A DNA stretch of 64,000 nucleotides, taken from positions 16,414-80,413 of the forward strand of contig CAVVMY010000016.1 of the NCBI GenBank assembly GCA_963749405.1. Reading direction: 5' to 3'. Positions 17,932 through 28,004 of the stretch are shown piece after piece. A model generated the notes under the pieces. The model made no database searches. It was not told where the DNA came from and saw nothing but the letters and a program-made list of their open reading frames with translations. Position 1 is the first letter of the stretch, and each line of letters starts with the position of its first letter. The DNA comes from Candidatus Altiarchaeales archaeon (lineage in GTDB: Archaea; Altiarchaeota; Altiarchaeia; IMC4; QMZM01). Both the position numbers and the translations under genes were made by a program.

Positions 17932-19656
17932 ATGAGAATTGCTGTTATTGACAGGGAGCGTTGCAAGGTCAGGATTTGTGGCCTGCAGTGCAAGAAATGC
18001 TGCCCGATGGTGAAGACCGGGAAGGAAACGGTTATCGTGGATGAGGAGAGCGGCAAGCCTATAATCGTCGAGGATATGTGTTCCGGCTGCGGCATCTGCG
18101 TTAAGAAGTGCCCTTTTGACGCTATCCAGATAATCAACATCGTCGAGGAGGTTGGCGAGCCGATCCACCAGTATGGCGTCAACGGATTCCGTTTGTATAA
18201 TCTGCCTACCCCTAAAGAAGGGGTTGTCGGAATTGTTGGAGCGAATGGCATCGGTAAGACTACCATGATGAAAATCCTCTCAGGGGAATTGAAACCGAAC
18301 CTGGGCAAGGAGGGTGCTGATTGGGTGGAAGTTGTGGACAGGTTCCGGGGCAAGGAGATCCAGAATTATCTTGAGAAGCTTTCCCGTAAGGAGTTGAAGG
18401 CTGTTTATAAGCCTCAGCATGTGGATAAGATCCCTGTTCACGTGAAGGGTAATGTTCACAGCATATTGGAGAAGTCGGATACCAGCGGGCGCATGAAGGA
18501 TATCGTGGAAAAACTGGATTTAAAGAATGCACTTGATGCGAACATGAAAGAACTTTCCGGCGGAGAGTTGCAGCGTGTGGCCTTGGCCGCCTGCCTGGCA
18601 AGGGAAGCCGACGTGTACTTGATCGACGAGCCTTCCAGTTATTTGGACGTACGGGAGCGTATCAACATGGCAAGGGTCATACGCGAGATAAGCGAAGTTA
18701 CGAAGAAGTATGTCTTTGTCATAGAGCACGACCTTATAGTCTTGGATTATCTGTCTGATTACATACACGTCATATATGGCGCCCCCGGGGCATATGGTGT
18801 GATATCCAACATTAAGAGCACGCGCGTAGGCATAAACGAGTATCTTTCCGGTTATCTGAAGTCCGAGAACGTGCGTTTCAGGGAGGAGATACGCTTTGAC
18901 GTGCGGCCTCCAAAGGACCGAAAAGAAATCAAAGAGAAAATAGAGTATCCGGAATTAAAGAAGCACTATGAGCGCTTCAAACTGGACGTGGACGGCGGCA
19001 CAATAGAAGGCCCCGCGATACTGGGAATACTTGGAAAGAACGCGATCGGCAAGACCACATTCGTCAAGATGCTTGCAGGAGTGATCGAACCGGATAATGC
19101 GAAACTGGACCTGAACCTGAAGGTCTCATATAAGCCGCAGTACATCGAAGCGCAGGACGCGCTGGTCGTATCATTGCACCCGGACTCTGAACTCGTGGAA
19201 AGGTTCCGAATACGCCACCTCATGGACAGGAACATAAGCGATCTATCAGGCGGGGAACTGCAGAAAGTAGCCATCGTCGACTGCCTCAGCAAAGACGCAG
19301 ACCTCTATCTATTGGACGAACCATCTGCGTACCTTGACGTGGAGGAGCGGCTGAAACTCTCGAAGCATCTGAAAAAATACATCGAAGACCACAGGAAAAG
19401 CATACTCGTAGTAGACCACGACATAATGCTCATAGATTATTTGTCCGATCAGCTCATGGTCTTCTCCGGAGAAGGAGGAAAAAGCGGACATGCGACTGCG
19501 CCGATGGATCTGCGAAGCGGGATGAACACGTTTTTGAAGGATATGAACACGACCTTCCGCCGCGACGCCGAGACAAAGAGACCGAGGATAAACAAGCCGG
19601 ATTCGGTGAAGGATAGAGAGCAGAGGGAGAGAGGGGAGTATTATTATGTGGAGTGA
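17932..19656 (+). CDS. abcE1: ribosome recycling/translation initiation ATPase ABCE1 (RNase L inhibitor homolog)
   Basis: 574 aa with N-terminal 2x[4Fe-4S] Cys clusters (CGLQCKKCCP ... CSGCGICVKKCP) and two ABC ATPase domains (GANGIGKTT, GKNAIGKTT, LSGGELQ). Confidence 0.9.
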   Translation: MRIAVIDRERCKVRICGLQCKKCCPMVKTGKETVIVDEESGKPIIVEDMCSGCGICVKKCPFDAIQIINIVEEVGEPIHQYGVNGFRLYNLPTPKEGVVGIVGANGIGKTTMMKILSGELKPNLGKEGADWVEVVDRFRGKEIQNYLEKLSRKELKAVYKPQHVDKIPVHVKGNVHSILEKSDTSGRMKDIVEKLDLKNALDANMKELSGGELQRVALAACLAREADVYLIDEPSSYLDVRERINMARVIREISEVTKKYVFVIEHDLIVLDYLSDYIHVIYGAPGAYGVISNIKSTRVGINEYLSGYLKSENVRFREEIRFDVRPPKDRKEIKEKIEYPELKKHYERFKLDVDGGTIEGPAILGILGKNAIGKTTFVKMLAGVIEPDNAKLDLNLKVSYKPQYIEAQDALVVSLHPDSELVERFRIRHLMDRNISDLSGGELQKVAIVDCLSKDADLYLLDEPSAYLDVEERLKLSKHLKKYIEDHRKSILVVDHDIMLIDYLSDQLMVFSGEGGKSGHATAPMDLRSGMNTFLKDMNTTFRRDAETKRPRINKPDSVKDREQRERGEYYYVE

Positions 19657-19694
19657 GTCCTAAAATATATCCCAGCGTTCCTATATATTTCTTT

Positions 19695-20363
19695 ATGATG
19701 CCTGATAGAAGATTCGCCTACGGAGACGGAACAAGTTTTTTGCAAGCCGTCTTTGCCTGGATGTTTTTCGGCCTTTTGTTGTCCGCGGCTGCGGCTTTTT
19801 TCGTATTGGCCAGCCCCGATCTGCAGACCTTTGTAATCAATACTTACATCATTCTCGCCGTCATAGAGCTTGCGCTTGTCGTTGTGCTTTCCTGGCTTAT
19901 CAATAAGATTCCAACGCCCGTTGCCATGCTTCTGTTCATAGTTTACTCACTTGTCTCAGGGGTCACGTTGCTTGCCATCGTATTAGCTTATACTGAAGCC
20001 TCTGTAGCGGTGGTTTTCCTTATCACCGCAGGTATGTTCGGAGCCATGAGCATATATGGCTTTGTCACAAAGAGGGATCTTTCAGCCCTTGGGGCTATGC
20101 TTTTCATGGCTTTGATAGGCTTGGTTCTCGCTATGCTTGTGAATATCTTTTTGAATAGCTCTTTGCTGGATCTTATCACGTCTGTTGCCGGGGTTATCAT
20201 TTTCACAGGTCTTACGGCTTATGACGTTCAGAGGATTAAGAGGATAGGTGCTGAAGCTGGAGGGGATAGCAAGTATGCAATAGTCGGGGCTTTGGCATTG
20301 TATCTTGATTTCATCAACCTGTTTATCAGTCTGCTTACGCTTTTAGGGAAGAGAAGGGATTAG
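19695..20363 (+). CDS. Bax inhibitor-1/YccA family membrane protein
   Basis: Seven predicted TM helices with a conserved BI-1 family pattern. Start is taken at the internal MMPDRR; the ORF could extend back to 19653. Confidence 0.7.
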   Translation: MMPDRRFAYGDGTSFLQAVFAWMFFGLLLSAAAAFFVLASPDLQTFVINTYIILAVIELALVVVLSWLINKIPTPVAMLLFIVYSLVSGVTLLAIVLAYTEASVAVVFLITAGMFGAMSIYGFVTKRDLSALGAMLFMALIGLVLAMLVNIFLNSSLLDLITSVAGVIIFTGLTAYDVQRIKRIGAEAGGDSKYAIVGALALYLDFINLFISLLTLLGKRRD

Positions 20364-20704
20364 GGGATTATCAGATAATACAGGTATTATTTTTTTCTTT
20401 CTTTTAGCATATTTTTTGGATAGTCAGGAGATATATTCCTTAGGGGGGTCTTCTGCCGGCTTTCAGGAGGCTGCAAGCCATGTTGTAAAGTATTTTAACT
20501 AGTTTCTGCATATTCTTTGATTACCGCGTTTGGTGAGGTAAAAGAAAATGAAATTAGCTAGAAGAGCAGCCTTTGTGTTGCTACTGATATTCCTGGCAGG
20601 TCTGGCCTCATCGGCTTTCGCCGGCTGAAAAGATTAATGTGGAGGCGGTTAATATGCCGGAAACGGACTGCATAAATCTCCCTTGCGGCCCTGAGAGTGC
20701 GCGG

Positions 20705-20750
20705 AGGCCAAGACCTGCCGTGAGCCTGATGGCTCACCAGGATTCTTTTT
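20705..20750 (+). terminator. GC-rich hairpin followed by an oligo-T tract
   Basis: CCTGCCGTGAGCC-TGAT-GGCTCACCAGG followed by ATTCTTTTTTATT, resembling an archaeal intrinsic terminator for a plus-strand transcript. Confidence 0.35.
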
Positions 20751-21755
20751 TATTCTAACAGCTTAAAATCCACGCACATCCTTGAAAGCTGCGGAGAATA
20801 GGTCCCGCATTCAACTACGTCAAGGACTTCTATTACATGCCCCAGTTTAGAGCAGATACCTTTTACTTCCTGCGCCGCTTCCTCCGTCGTGCTGGTGAAG
20901 GTATAGTAATGTATGATGCCTCCCTTCTTCACTGCTGGAATCGCTTTATCCAAAAAGTTTCCTGCGTCTTTGGGTAAAGGCATGATTATGCGGTCGAATA
21001 TGCCGTGTTTTCCTGCCTCAATCCCTGCATCTCCGAGTATGGCCTTCACGTCCACCTTATTTCGGCGGATGTTTTCCTTCATATACTCGACAGCTGCAGG
21101 GTTAAGCTCTACCGCATAGACCTCTTTGGGTCGGGCATACTTTGCCATCAATATTGCGTAGGGGCCAATCCCTGCGAACATGACCAGTACGCGTTCTCCT
21201 GCTTTTACCTGCTTTGCTATGCGCATTCTCTCAGTGCCCAGCCTGGGAGAGAAATATGCGCGTGTTACGTCCAACTCGTAGATGCAGCCGTATTCCCTGT
21301 GCAGGGTTTCGGTGCGGTTCTCGCCTGCGATAACTTCCACATCCCTTGTCCGGTACTCTGTTCCTACGCTGGTTTTTTTGTTTGCGACGACCAATATGTT
21401 CTTAAAAGTGGAAAGAATCGCTTTGCCGATGGTTTTTTTCTTGTCCTTCAGTTCGTCAGGTATTTCTATGACTGCTATATCTCCGATTATGTCGAAGGAC
21501 TTTGGCAGAATCAGCAGTCTCTTCCTTTGTCAGTTTATCCTCTAAGGCCTCTTTCAGGGAAGCAGGCTTGCGCTTGGATTCTTTATTTTCCAAGAAAACA
21601 ATCTCGGTTTTTGGGAGGATTATTTCATGTTTTATGGGCATTAACAGATAATCTCCCTGCCTAACGATTTCCCGGTCTCTATCGAATGCTCCCATCTCAA
21701 TGAGTTTTCTCCTTATTTCTTCTCCTTTGCTTCGAAAGATTTTGAGGTACATCAA
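20750..21755 (-). CDS. trm5: tRNA (guanine37-N1)-methyltransferase Trm5 (Met-10+ like), interrupted by +1 frameshift near 21455-21470
   Basis: N-terminal ORF (21456-21755) and class-I SAM MTase ORF (20750-21394) are in different frames. The alternative frame reads SFDIIGDIAVIEIPDELKDKKKTIGKAILSTFKNILVVANKKT. One A too many in a sense-strand AAA run (gccaaAgtcc). Confidence 0.75.
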
Positions 21756-21801
21756 ATCAATATAGGATAGAGGTCAAATAAAAAAAAAGATATAGGAACA
21801 T

Positions 21802-22503
21802 TCAGAATCCACAATAGCAATCGCTGGTCCCTTCAACATCATAGGCATGGCCATTCTTCGTATAATCCACGCGAGTCTCCCACCCATCCGTCCAGCAGTC
21901 CGTAACAGTCCCACCCACTGCATTCACATCAATCATCGAACAGGACAAGTAGCAACTAGTTGATCCTACTGCGCAGCATGTTGAGCAGATGTCATCTGAT
22001 AACTGAGTAGTGGTCGTAGTCTGAGGAACAGTAGAAGTGGTTGTGGAAGTGGTCGGCTTAACCGTGGTCGTAGTTGTGGTGGGTTTGTAGCAGTTTATTT
22101 TATCGACATCTACGCCCCATTTTATGATGCTTGCATCTGAAGTGAATCTAAATCGGACATCATCAGTGTTAGAAGGCGTAAGCCAAACGAAACCATTTGA
22201 TGTGCCTGACCAGCGATTGTATTTTCCGGAATCATAATCATAGATGTAGAAAAAATCATACGATGACTCTGTATCATATTTCACATTAACCTTGGCCAGG
22301 TAACCGGCAGGGCATTTATAAACTGCAGAATAACAGTTCATGTTATTCGCATAGTTGTGAGAAGTCTGGAAATTGACCACGTTGTCGCCCGCCACAAGAT
22401 TCCTCGACGCCGAAGAGGTGCATGATGCAGCGATTCCTGTATTTGATAATATCACACATATGAAGGCCAAAGACATCGTCCAAAAAATAATTTTTGCTTT
22501 CAT
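21802..22503 (-). CDS. secreted protein with CUB-like beta-sandwich domain, Thr-rich linker and Cys-rich C-terminal domain
   Basis: Signal peptide MKAKIIFWTMSLAFICVILS. The domain has CUB-like Cys spacing, followed by TTTTTTVKPTTSTTTSTVPQTTTTTQ and a CxxCC-containing tail. Confidence 0.45.
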   Translation of the reverse strand: MKAKIIFWTMSLAFICVILSNTGIAASCTSSASRNLVAGDNVVNFQTSHNYANNMNCYSAVYKCPAGYLAKVNVKYDTESSYDFFYIYDYDSGKYNRWSGTSNGFVWLTPSNTDDVRFRFTSDASIIKWGVDVDKINCYKPTTTTTTVKPTTSTTTSTVPQTTTTTQLSDDICSTCCAVGSTSCYLSCSMIDVNAVGGTVTDCWTDGWETRVDYTKNGHAYDVEGTSDCYCGF

Positions 22504-22575
22504 TTTTTAGAACCCTTGTTAATTATTATATTCTATATACTTAAAAAGGGTAAAAAAATTGAATATTGTATAAAA

Positions 22576-22992
22576 TCAGGAATTCTTTATCTTAGCTATT
22601 ATTTTCCGGCTGCTATTCAATTCCCCCTCAAGATAGGCGTCAACCCTCACCACCTTCGCCTTAAGCCCTCTTTTACTCAACTCTTTTCGTAGTTCGTTTA
22701 CGTCAAAGTGCTGGTCTTTCCCCAAAGCGACAATATCAGGGTTTATCTCCTTTATCGGCTTGAAATAATCCTCATGATCTCCGAGTATTGCTTCATCTAC
22801 GGGTTTCAGAGCCCTGACAACTTCAAGCCTCTGGCTCTCGGGGATCCTCGGGGTGTTCTTTCTTTTCTCGACGTTACGGTCTCTTGCAACTATTACTACG
22901 AGCCGGTCCCCAAGCTTCTTTGCCTCCTCCAGGAAAACCACATGACCTGGGTGCAGTATGTCAAAGACTCCTGTGGCAACAACGGTTTTCAT
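22576..22992 (-). CDS. ribL: cytidylyltransferase-like nucleotidyltransferase (archaeal FAD synthetase RibL-like)
   Basis: 138 aa starting MKTVVATGVFDILHPGHVVFLEEAKKLG, with an HxGH nucleotidyltransferase motif. Confidence 0.6.
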   Translation of the reverse strand: MKTVVATGVFDILHPGHVVFLEEAKKLGDRLVVIVARDRNVEKRKNTPRIPESQRLEVVRALKPVDEAILGDHEDYFKPIKEINPDIVALGKDQHFDVNELRKELSKRGLKAKVVRVDAYLEGELNSSRKIIAKIKNS

Positions 22993-23045
22993 GCTGCTTG
23001 AATAATTTATATGATTAAAATGGTAAGTATTAAATCCTTTTTACT

Positions 23046-23498
23046 ATGGCCAGCCAAGTAGACCTTAAATTCAGGGACCTAGAGGTTAAAAGATTCACAA
23101 ACTTCATAGAGGGACCAGTCAACATCCAAAATAACAGTAACGTAAGGGCAGTGGCAAAGATAGAAGGAAAACTGTCAATAGACTTCACATTCACATGCAA
23201 TTTCGAGCCAGGCGTAGGCCTTATAAAGATAGACGGAGACATCATCCTGCGCGACTCCGAGGAAAACATCGAGCGAGCTATGAAGGAATGGGACAAAGGC
23301 GCAAAAAACCTGCCCACAGACATCGCAGAAAGGATCCACAATGCAATACTTTCAAGCTGCATAATAGAATCCGTAGTCCTATCCAAGGAGATGGGTCTCC
23401 CGGTGCCAATACCCCTGCCCACAGTATCCATGGCCAAAAAAGAACCGGGAATAAGCGAGACAAAGATATCAGACGACACCAAACACTATATCAGATAA
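23046..23498 (+). CDS. hypothetical protein
   Basis: 150 aa ORF with normal codon usage and no recognised domain. Confidence 0.4.
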   Translation: MASQVDLKFRDLEVKRFTNFIEGPVNIQNNSNVRAVAKIEGKLSIDFTFTCNFEPGVGLIKIDGDIILRDSEENIERAMKEWDKGAKNLPTDIAERIHNAILSSCIIESVVLSKEMGLPVPIPLPTVSMAKKEPGISETKISDDTKHYIR

Positions 23499-23560
23499 GC
23501 CCTCTATCATATAATTAAACATAATACAATAGAATAGTATAAATCACATAAATAAATAAA

Positions 23561-23764
23561 ATGACAGGCTCCTGTCCATTCTGCGGAGGACAACTGGTAA
23601 TGAAGCAGGTAGACCACGAAGTATCCGTCGGCCCGCACCAGAAGACCATACAGGTGCCGGCATTTGTATGCAAGAAATGCGGCGAACGCGTATACACAGA
23701 AGAAGCCGACGAAACCATAAAGAAGCTGGAAGAAGAGATGGCTGCAGTCGACCAGGAATTTTAA
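23561..23764 (+). CDS. YgiT-type (MqsA N-terminal-like) zinc-ribbon protein
   Basis: 67 aa with CPFCGG...(x26)...CKKCGE, a four-Cys zinc-ribbon spacing. Confidence 0.5.
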   Translation: MTGSCPFCGGQLVMKQVDHEVSVGPHQKTIQVPAFVCKKCGERVYTEEADETIKKLEEEMAAVDQEF

Positions 23765-23790
23765 TACACAAAAGCGATAAAACAAGAAAA

Positions 23791-24039
23791 ATGGAAAGAG
23801 TATATACCATACCCCTCAGGGAGGCATTCGAGGCACCCAGGCCAAGGAGGGCAAACAAAGCAGTGAAAATCATCAGAGAATACGTTGCAAAACACACCAA
23901 GGCTAATGAGGTAAAACTAGACGCCTCGCTGAACGAAGCAGTCTGGGAGCACAGCCGCGAAAAACCCCCAAGAAAGGTAAAAGTAAAAGTAGTAACAGAA
24001 GAAGGCATAGCAACGGCATCCCTGGCAGAAGAAGAATAA
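23791..24039 (+). CDS. rpl31e: 50S ribosomal protein L31e (eL31)
   Basis: [35 protein letters not shown]... Start is taken at the internal ATG of the longer ORF 23668-24039. Confidence 0.85.
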   Translation: MERVYTIPLREAFEAPRPRRANKAVKIIREYVAKHTKANEVKLDASLNEAVWEHSREKPPRKVKVKVVTEEGIATASLAEEE

Positions 24040-24053
24040 ATCCTCATAAAAAT

Positions 24054-24713
24054 ATGTCCTACAAACAAACATCTGTAAACGGCGAAGACTTCGTCGGCCT
24101 CCTAGGCCTCGCCACAGACAAATACGCCCTCCTATCCACAGGATTCAAAGACACAAAAGCGCTGCAAGTACCCGCCATAAAGACCACAATATACGGCACA
24201 AACCTGCTCGGACTATTCTGCGCAGGAAACAGTAACGGACTACTGGTACCATACTTCGTGGAAAAAGAAAAGATCCACTGGATAAAAAAACAACTAAAAG
24301 AACATGGCGTAGACATAAACATACAAAAAGTCGACGACACATACACGGCACTCGGAAACCTCGTAACCGCAAACGACAAAGCCGCGATCATAAGCACAGA
24401 ATTCAAACACCACAAAGTATTCGAAGATACGCTCGGCGTAGAAGCAGTCAAAAGAGACATCGCCAAACACAAAGAAGTCGGAGCCTGCTGCAAAGCAACA
24501 AACAAAGGATTCCTGGCCCACGCAGAAGCAGACGAAGACGAACTAAAAGAGATCGAAGAAATACTCAAAGTCCCAGGCAAAGAAGGAACAATCAACTTCG
24601 GATTCCCATTCGTAGGATCAGGGCTGATAGCGAATTCCTACGGATACATAACAGGCCTGCGCACATCTGGGATAGAGCTGGGACGGATAGATGATGCGCT
24701 GGGGTTCTTCTAA
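24054..24713 (+). CDS. eif6: translation initiation factor 6 (aIF6)
   Basis: 219 aa with pentein-fold repeats, in a conserved L31e-aIF6 gene pair. Confidence 0.9.
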   Translation: MSYKQTSVNGEDFVGLLGLATDKYALLSTGFKDTKALQVPAIKTTIYGTNLLGLFCAGNSNGLLVPYFVEKEKIHWIKKQLKEHGVDINIQKVDDTYTALGNLVTANDKAAIISTEFKHHKVFEDTLGVEAVKRDIAKHKEVGACCKATNKGFLAHAEADEDELKEIEEILKVPGKEGTINFGFPFVGSGLIANSYGYITGLRTSGIELGRIDDALGFF

Positions 24714-24889
24714 TTTCTTAAAGTAGCATGCTGTAAACTGAAATTTAAGGCCTGAGAATGTATTATTAATCGTTTTATGTATAGTGGGTAGGAAAGAGGT
24801 AGGAATTCTTTCCTATTCTCCCACTAGTCATAAAAGAGGGCATGGGGAAGTAAGGAGCTTCCCCATGGGGATTCTCTCTTAGTATGACA

Positions 24890-25504
24890 CTACGCGGTCT
24901 GGTTCGCGCTCTTTTGTTCTTCTTGAACATCTTCCGATTCTTGAATACTTAAATCAGACTTCAGAGCCTCGTCAAAAAACGGCACACGACTTACGCATAG
25001 CTCCTCAGTGATAGAACTCGCCCTCAGTTCTCTTAACGTCATATTAGCTGTCAAGTTAAGCGACTTATACTGCTTGGACTGGGCGAAAATAGCATCTATT
25101 CTTTTCCTAACCTCTGTCCTATTCTCAGAGGATAATGGGCATTTAGACAATGCTTCAAGGAAGCCCATATTCTTAACAAGAGAATACAACGCCGCATCAA
25201 TCTGATTCTTGCCGTCAGATTGCTTTGCAGGTGGTGTCTTAGTTTTTCCAGATCCGAGAGGTACTCCTTGCTTGCCCGACTTCGCCCCGTCTTTATCCAC
25301 AACATTTTCGTGTCCGCCAAAAAGCTTATTCTTCGCGTCTTTTATTATATTAATTAGTCGTATAGCATCTCTTTCACTTGTGGAATAACGACGAATCAGT
25401 ATGTTTTTAAAAATATCGTCTGCAGGGAAATCTTGATCTTTATATTGCTCGACTAACTCTTTGAACATTGGGACATTCAAAAAAGCTTCTCGCTTCCCTT
25501 CCAC
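24890..25504 (-). CDS. hypothetical protein (AT-rich islet)
   Basis: 204 aa with no recognised domain. A 10 bp-stem hairpin (CATGGGGAAG-TAAGGAG-CTTCCCCATG) lies just downstream at about 24843-24869. Confidence 0.35.
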   Translation of the reverse strand: MEGKREAFLNVPMFKELVEQYKDQDFPADDIFKNILIRRYSTSERDAIRLINIIKDAKNKLFGGHENVVDKDGAKSGKQGVPLGSGKTKTPPAKQSDGKNQIDAALYSLVKNMGFLEALSKCPLSSENRTEVRKRIDAIFAQSKQYKSLNLTANMTLRELRASSITEELCVSRVPFFDEALKSDLSIQESEDVQEEQKSANQTA

Positions 25505-25788
25505 TCTTCATTTTCTTGGTTGGGGTACAAAATTTTCTTTCCTAAATCTGTAATTACCAAGTTTCCACGACCAGTAATTAAACCATATCGCTTGGCATAT
25601 GCCACCTGACCGGAAAGTCCTCCCCCTTTAATCTTCAGTGCAATTTCTAAGTCTTTTAAGGTGGCAGCAGGACGAATTTTAGATACTTCTCTGGTAACCT
25701 CTATAGCCCTGTCCAGTTTTATAAGTGGAAAATCCTTGTTTCCACCCCTAAAACCATCTTTGTCTTCCTTTTTCGCTTCATCAGCCAT
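25477..25788 (-). CDS. hypothetical protein (AT-rich islet), overlaps downstream gene by 28 nt
   Basis: 103 aa ORF preceded by an AT-rich intergenic region of about 290 bp. Confidence 0.35.
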   Translation of the reverse strand: MADEAKKEDKDGFRGGNKDFPLIKLDRAIEVTREVSKIRPAATLKDLEIALKIKGGGLSGQVAYAKRYGLITGRGNLVITDLGKKILYPNQENEEWKGSEKLF

Positions 25789-26081
25789 TTTTAATACCTC
25801 TTATTTATCTGATGCAGTTATTATGGATTTCAGAGTATATATATGGCAAAAATAGACAATATTTATAGTTTTGTATCTTCTAAGCATATCGATTTTTGAT
25901 TAATGTCTAAAATATAGACCATTTCTTAAGAGGTTTATAAATAGCGTCATGAAACGTGTGTTTCGTTTTATTTTAGACATAACGCGTAAGATTAGGAGAT
26001 AACCTAAGCACAGTTTCGCCCGGTTATTAAGACGATTAATATCTTTTCCTTTTTGCCGTAAAAACCGTATTCTATAACCCT

Positions 26082-27194
26082 ATGAAACGCACCGGCTCCG
26101 TCGACCTCCCGCTCCACGGCGGCAAAGCACCCAGGTGGCTCTTTGCGCGTATGGTAAAACTTTCGTCTGCGCTAACGGACGTCCTTGTCTACGAATACGG
26201 ACAAGAAGAATTCCTTCGCCGCATATCCGATCCCTACTGGTTCCAGGCCTTCTCGTGCGTGATCGGATTCGACTGGCATTCCTCTGGGACAACGACGACT
26301 GCCTGCGGCGCGCTGAAGATGGGCCTGAAGCCCGAGGAGACTGGCATCATGGTCGCGGGCGGAAAGGGGAAAGCGTCCAGGAAGACAGTCACAGAAATAG
26401 AGAAGGCAGGCGACCTTTTTTCTTTGTCGACTCAGCGGATCGAGCGGCTTCAGTATTCCAGCAGGATGTCTGCGAAGGTTGACAATTCATGCGTGCAGGA
26501 CGGGTATCAATTGTATCACCACTGCTTCTTCCTTACGGAAAAAGGTGATTGGGCGGTCGTACAGCAGGGCATGAGTAATAGCTATGCAAGGCGGTATCAC
26601 TGGCTTTCAGACGGCGTAAAGAGCTTCGTTGAGGAGCCTCACAGCGGAATATCTTCCGACAGATTAGAGGAACAAGTCCTGGACATGACTGCAAAAGAAA
26701 GCGCAGAGAGCAGGAAGACAAGCGTCGATCTAATCAAAGACAACCCAAAGCATATCGAGAAATATTTGATCGGAAGCAGGCCTCAGAGGACATTGACCGA
26801 GTATGGAGCAGACAATGGCACAGAACATTATTCCCTGCCTGCACATCATCCTGTTCTCGACATCGACGTGGGAAAGAAGGGGATGGAAGTTTTGCAGAAA
26901 GCATATGAATTGCAGCCCAAGGACTATGAAGAACTTGTCGCGCTGCAAGGCATGGGGCCAAAGAAAATACGGGCGTTGGCACTCGTTTCAGAGCTTGTCT
27001 ATGGAGCAAAGCCCTCATGGAAAGACCCTGCGAAATACTCCTATGCGCACGGCGGAAAAGACGGATTCCCGTATCCTGTGCACAGGAGCACGTATGATTC
27101 GACGATAGAGACCCTGAAAGATGCGCTTTCCCAGGCGAAGATAGACAAAAAAGAAAAGCTTAACGCGATTAGGAGGCTGTACGAATTCCTCTGA
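26082..27194 (+). CDS. DUF763-family protein with C-terminal helix-hairpin-helix motif
   Basis: N-terminal GSVDLPLHGGKAPRWL and C-terminal LQGMGPKKIRALALVSELVYG (HhH-like). Family assignment is from memory of the conserved N-terminal motif. Confidence 0.55.
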   Translation: MKRTGSVDLPLHGGKAPRWLFARMVKLSSALTDVLVYEYGQEEFLRRISDPYWFQAFSCVIGFDWHSSGTTTTACGALKMGLKPEETGIMVAGGKGKASRKTVTEIEKAGDLFSLSTQRIERLQYSSRMSAKVDNSCVQDGYQLYHHCFFLTEKGDWAVVQQGMSNSYARRYHWLSDGVKSFVEEPHSGISSDRLEEQVLDMTAKESAESRKTSVDLIKDNPKHIEKYLIGSRPQRTLTEYGADNGTEHYSLPAHHPVLDIDVGKKGMEVLQKAYELQPKDYEELVALQGMGPKKIRALALVSELVYGAKPSWKDPAKYSYAHGGKDGFPYPVHRSTYDSTIETLKDALSQAKIDKKEKLNAIRRLYEFL

Positions 27195-27202
27195 AAAAAA
27201 AA

Positions 27203-28004
27203 ATGTTCGACTCTGTCTTTTTATTCAAGGTCTTCCTCTCTTTCCTGACAGGGGGAGTTTTCACTACGATCACATTGTATGCCGCGGAAAAGCATGGGCC
27301 AAAAGTCGGAGGGATAATCGCAGGCCTTCCTTCCACGACAGCTGTCGGCTTGTTCTTCATAGGATACGCACAGTCTGCGCAGGCTGCATCCCAAGCCGCA
27401 ACTCTCATGCCGGCAGCAGTCGGCGGAAAGCCTGATCTTCGTTATCGCGTATGTGATGCTCTGCAGGAAGATAGGATATAAACAGGCCCTGCTGACAGCA
27501 TCCCTGATTTGGCTTATGATCTCGCTGCCCCTCGCATATCTCGGATTCGAGGATATGTATACTGCGACGTTGTTTTTCCTGGCAGTCTGGGCAGTGACTC
27601 TTTTCTATATGGGACACCAGACGACTGATGTGAAGATGCCGGAAAAGATAAGCTACACAAAAGCCCAGATGCTGTGGCGCGCGATCTTTGCAGGCGCCCT
27701 TATCGCCTCAGCAGTGGTGATCAGCAGTTTATTCGGGCCGCTCTGGGGCGGCGCGCTTGCGGCATTCCCTGCCATGTTCCTCACAACATTCATAATACTG
27801 TGCAGAGCCTATGGATGCGAATACAGCACGGCCTTTGCAAAGAGCACACCCATCGGCCTCTTTGGAGTGATCCCCTATCTTTGGAGCGTGCATTATCTTT
27901 ATCCTGTTTACGGGATCGTGGCAGGGACGTTTTTGTCCTATGTGCTGTCGGGCATTTCAACTCTTGCAATTTATACTGCGCTTAAAACTCAACGCCGCCT
28001 GTGA
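27203..28004 (+). CDS. polytopic membrane protein, interrupted by +1 frameshift at 27425-27428
   Basis: ORFs 27203-27481 and 27453-28004 are both hydrophobic. Removing one A from ggaaAgcctg joins ...MPAAVGG to SLIFVIAYVMLCRK... Confidence 0.5.
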
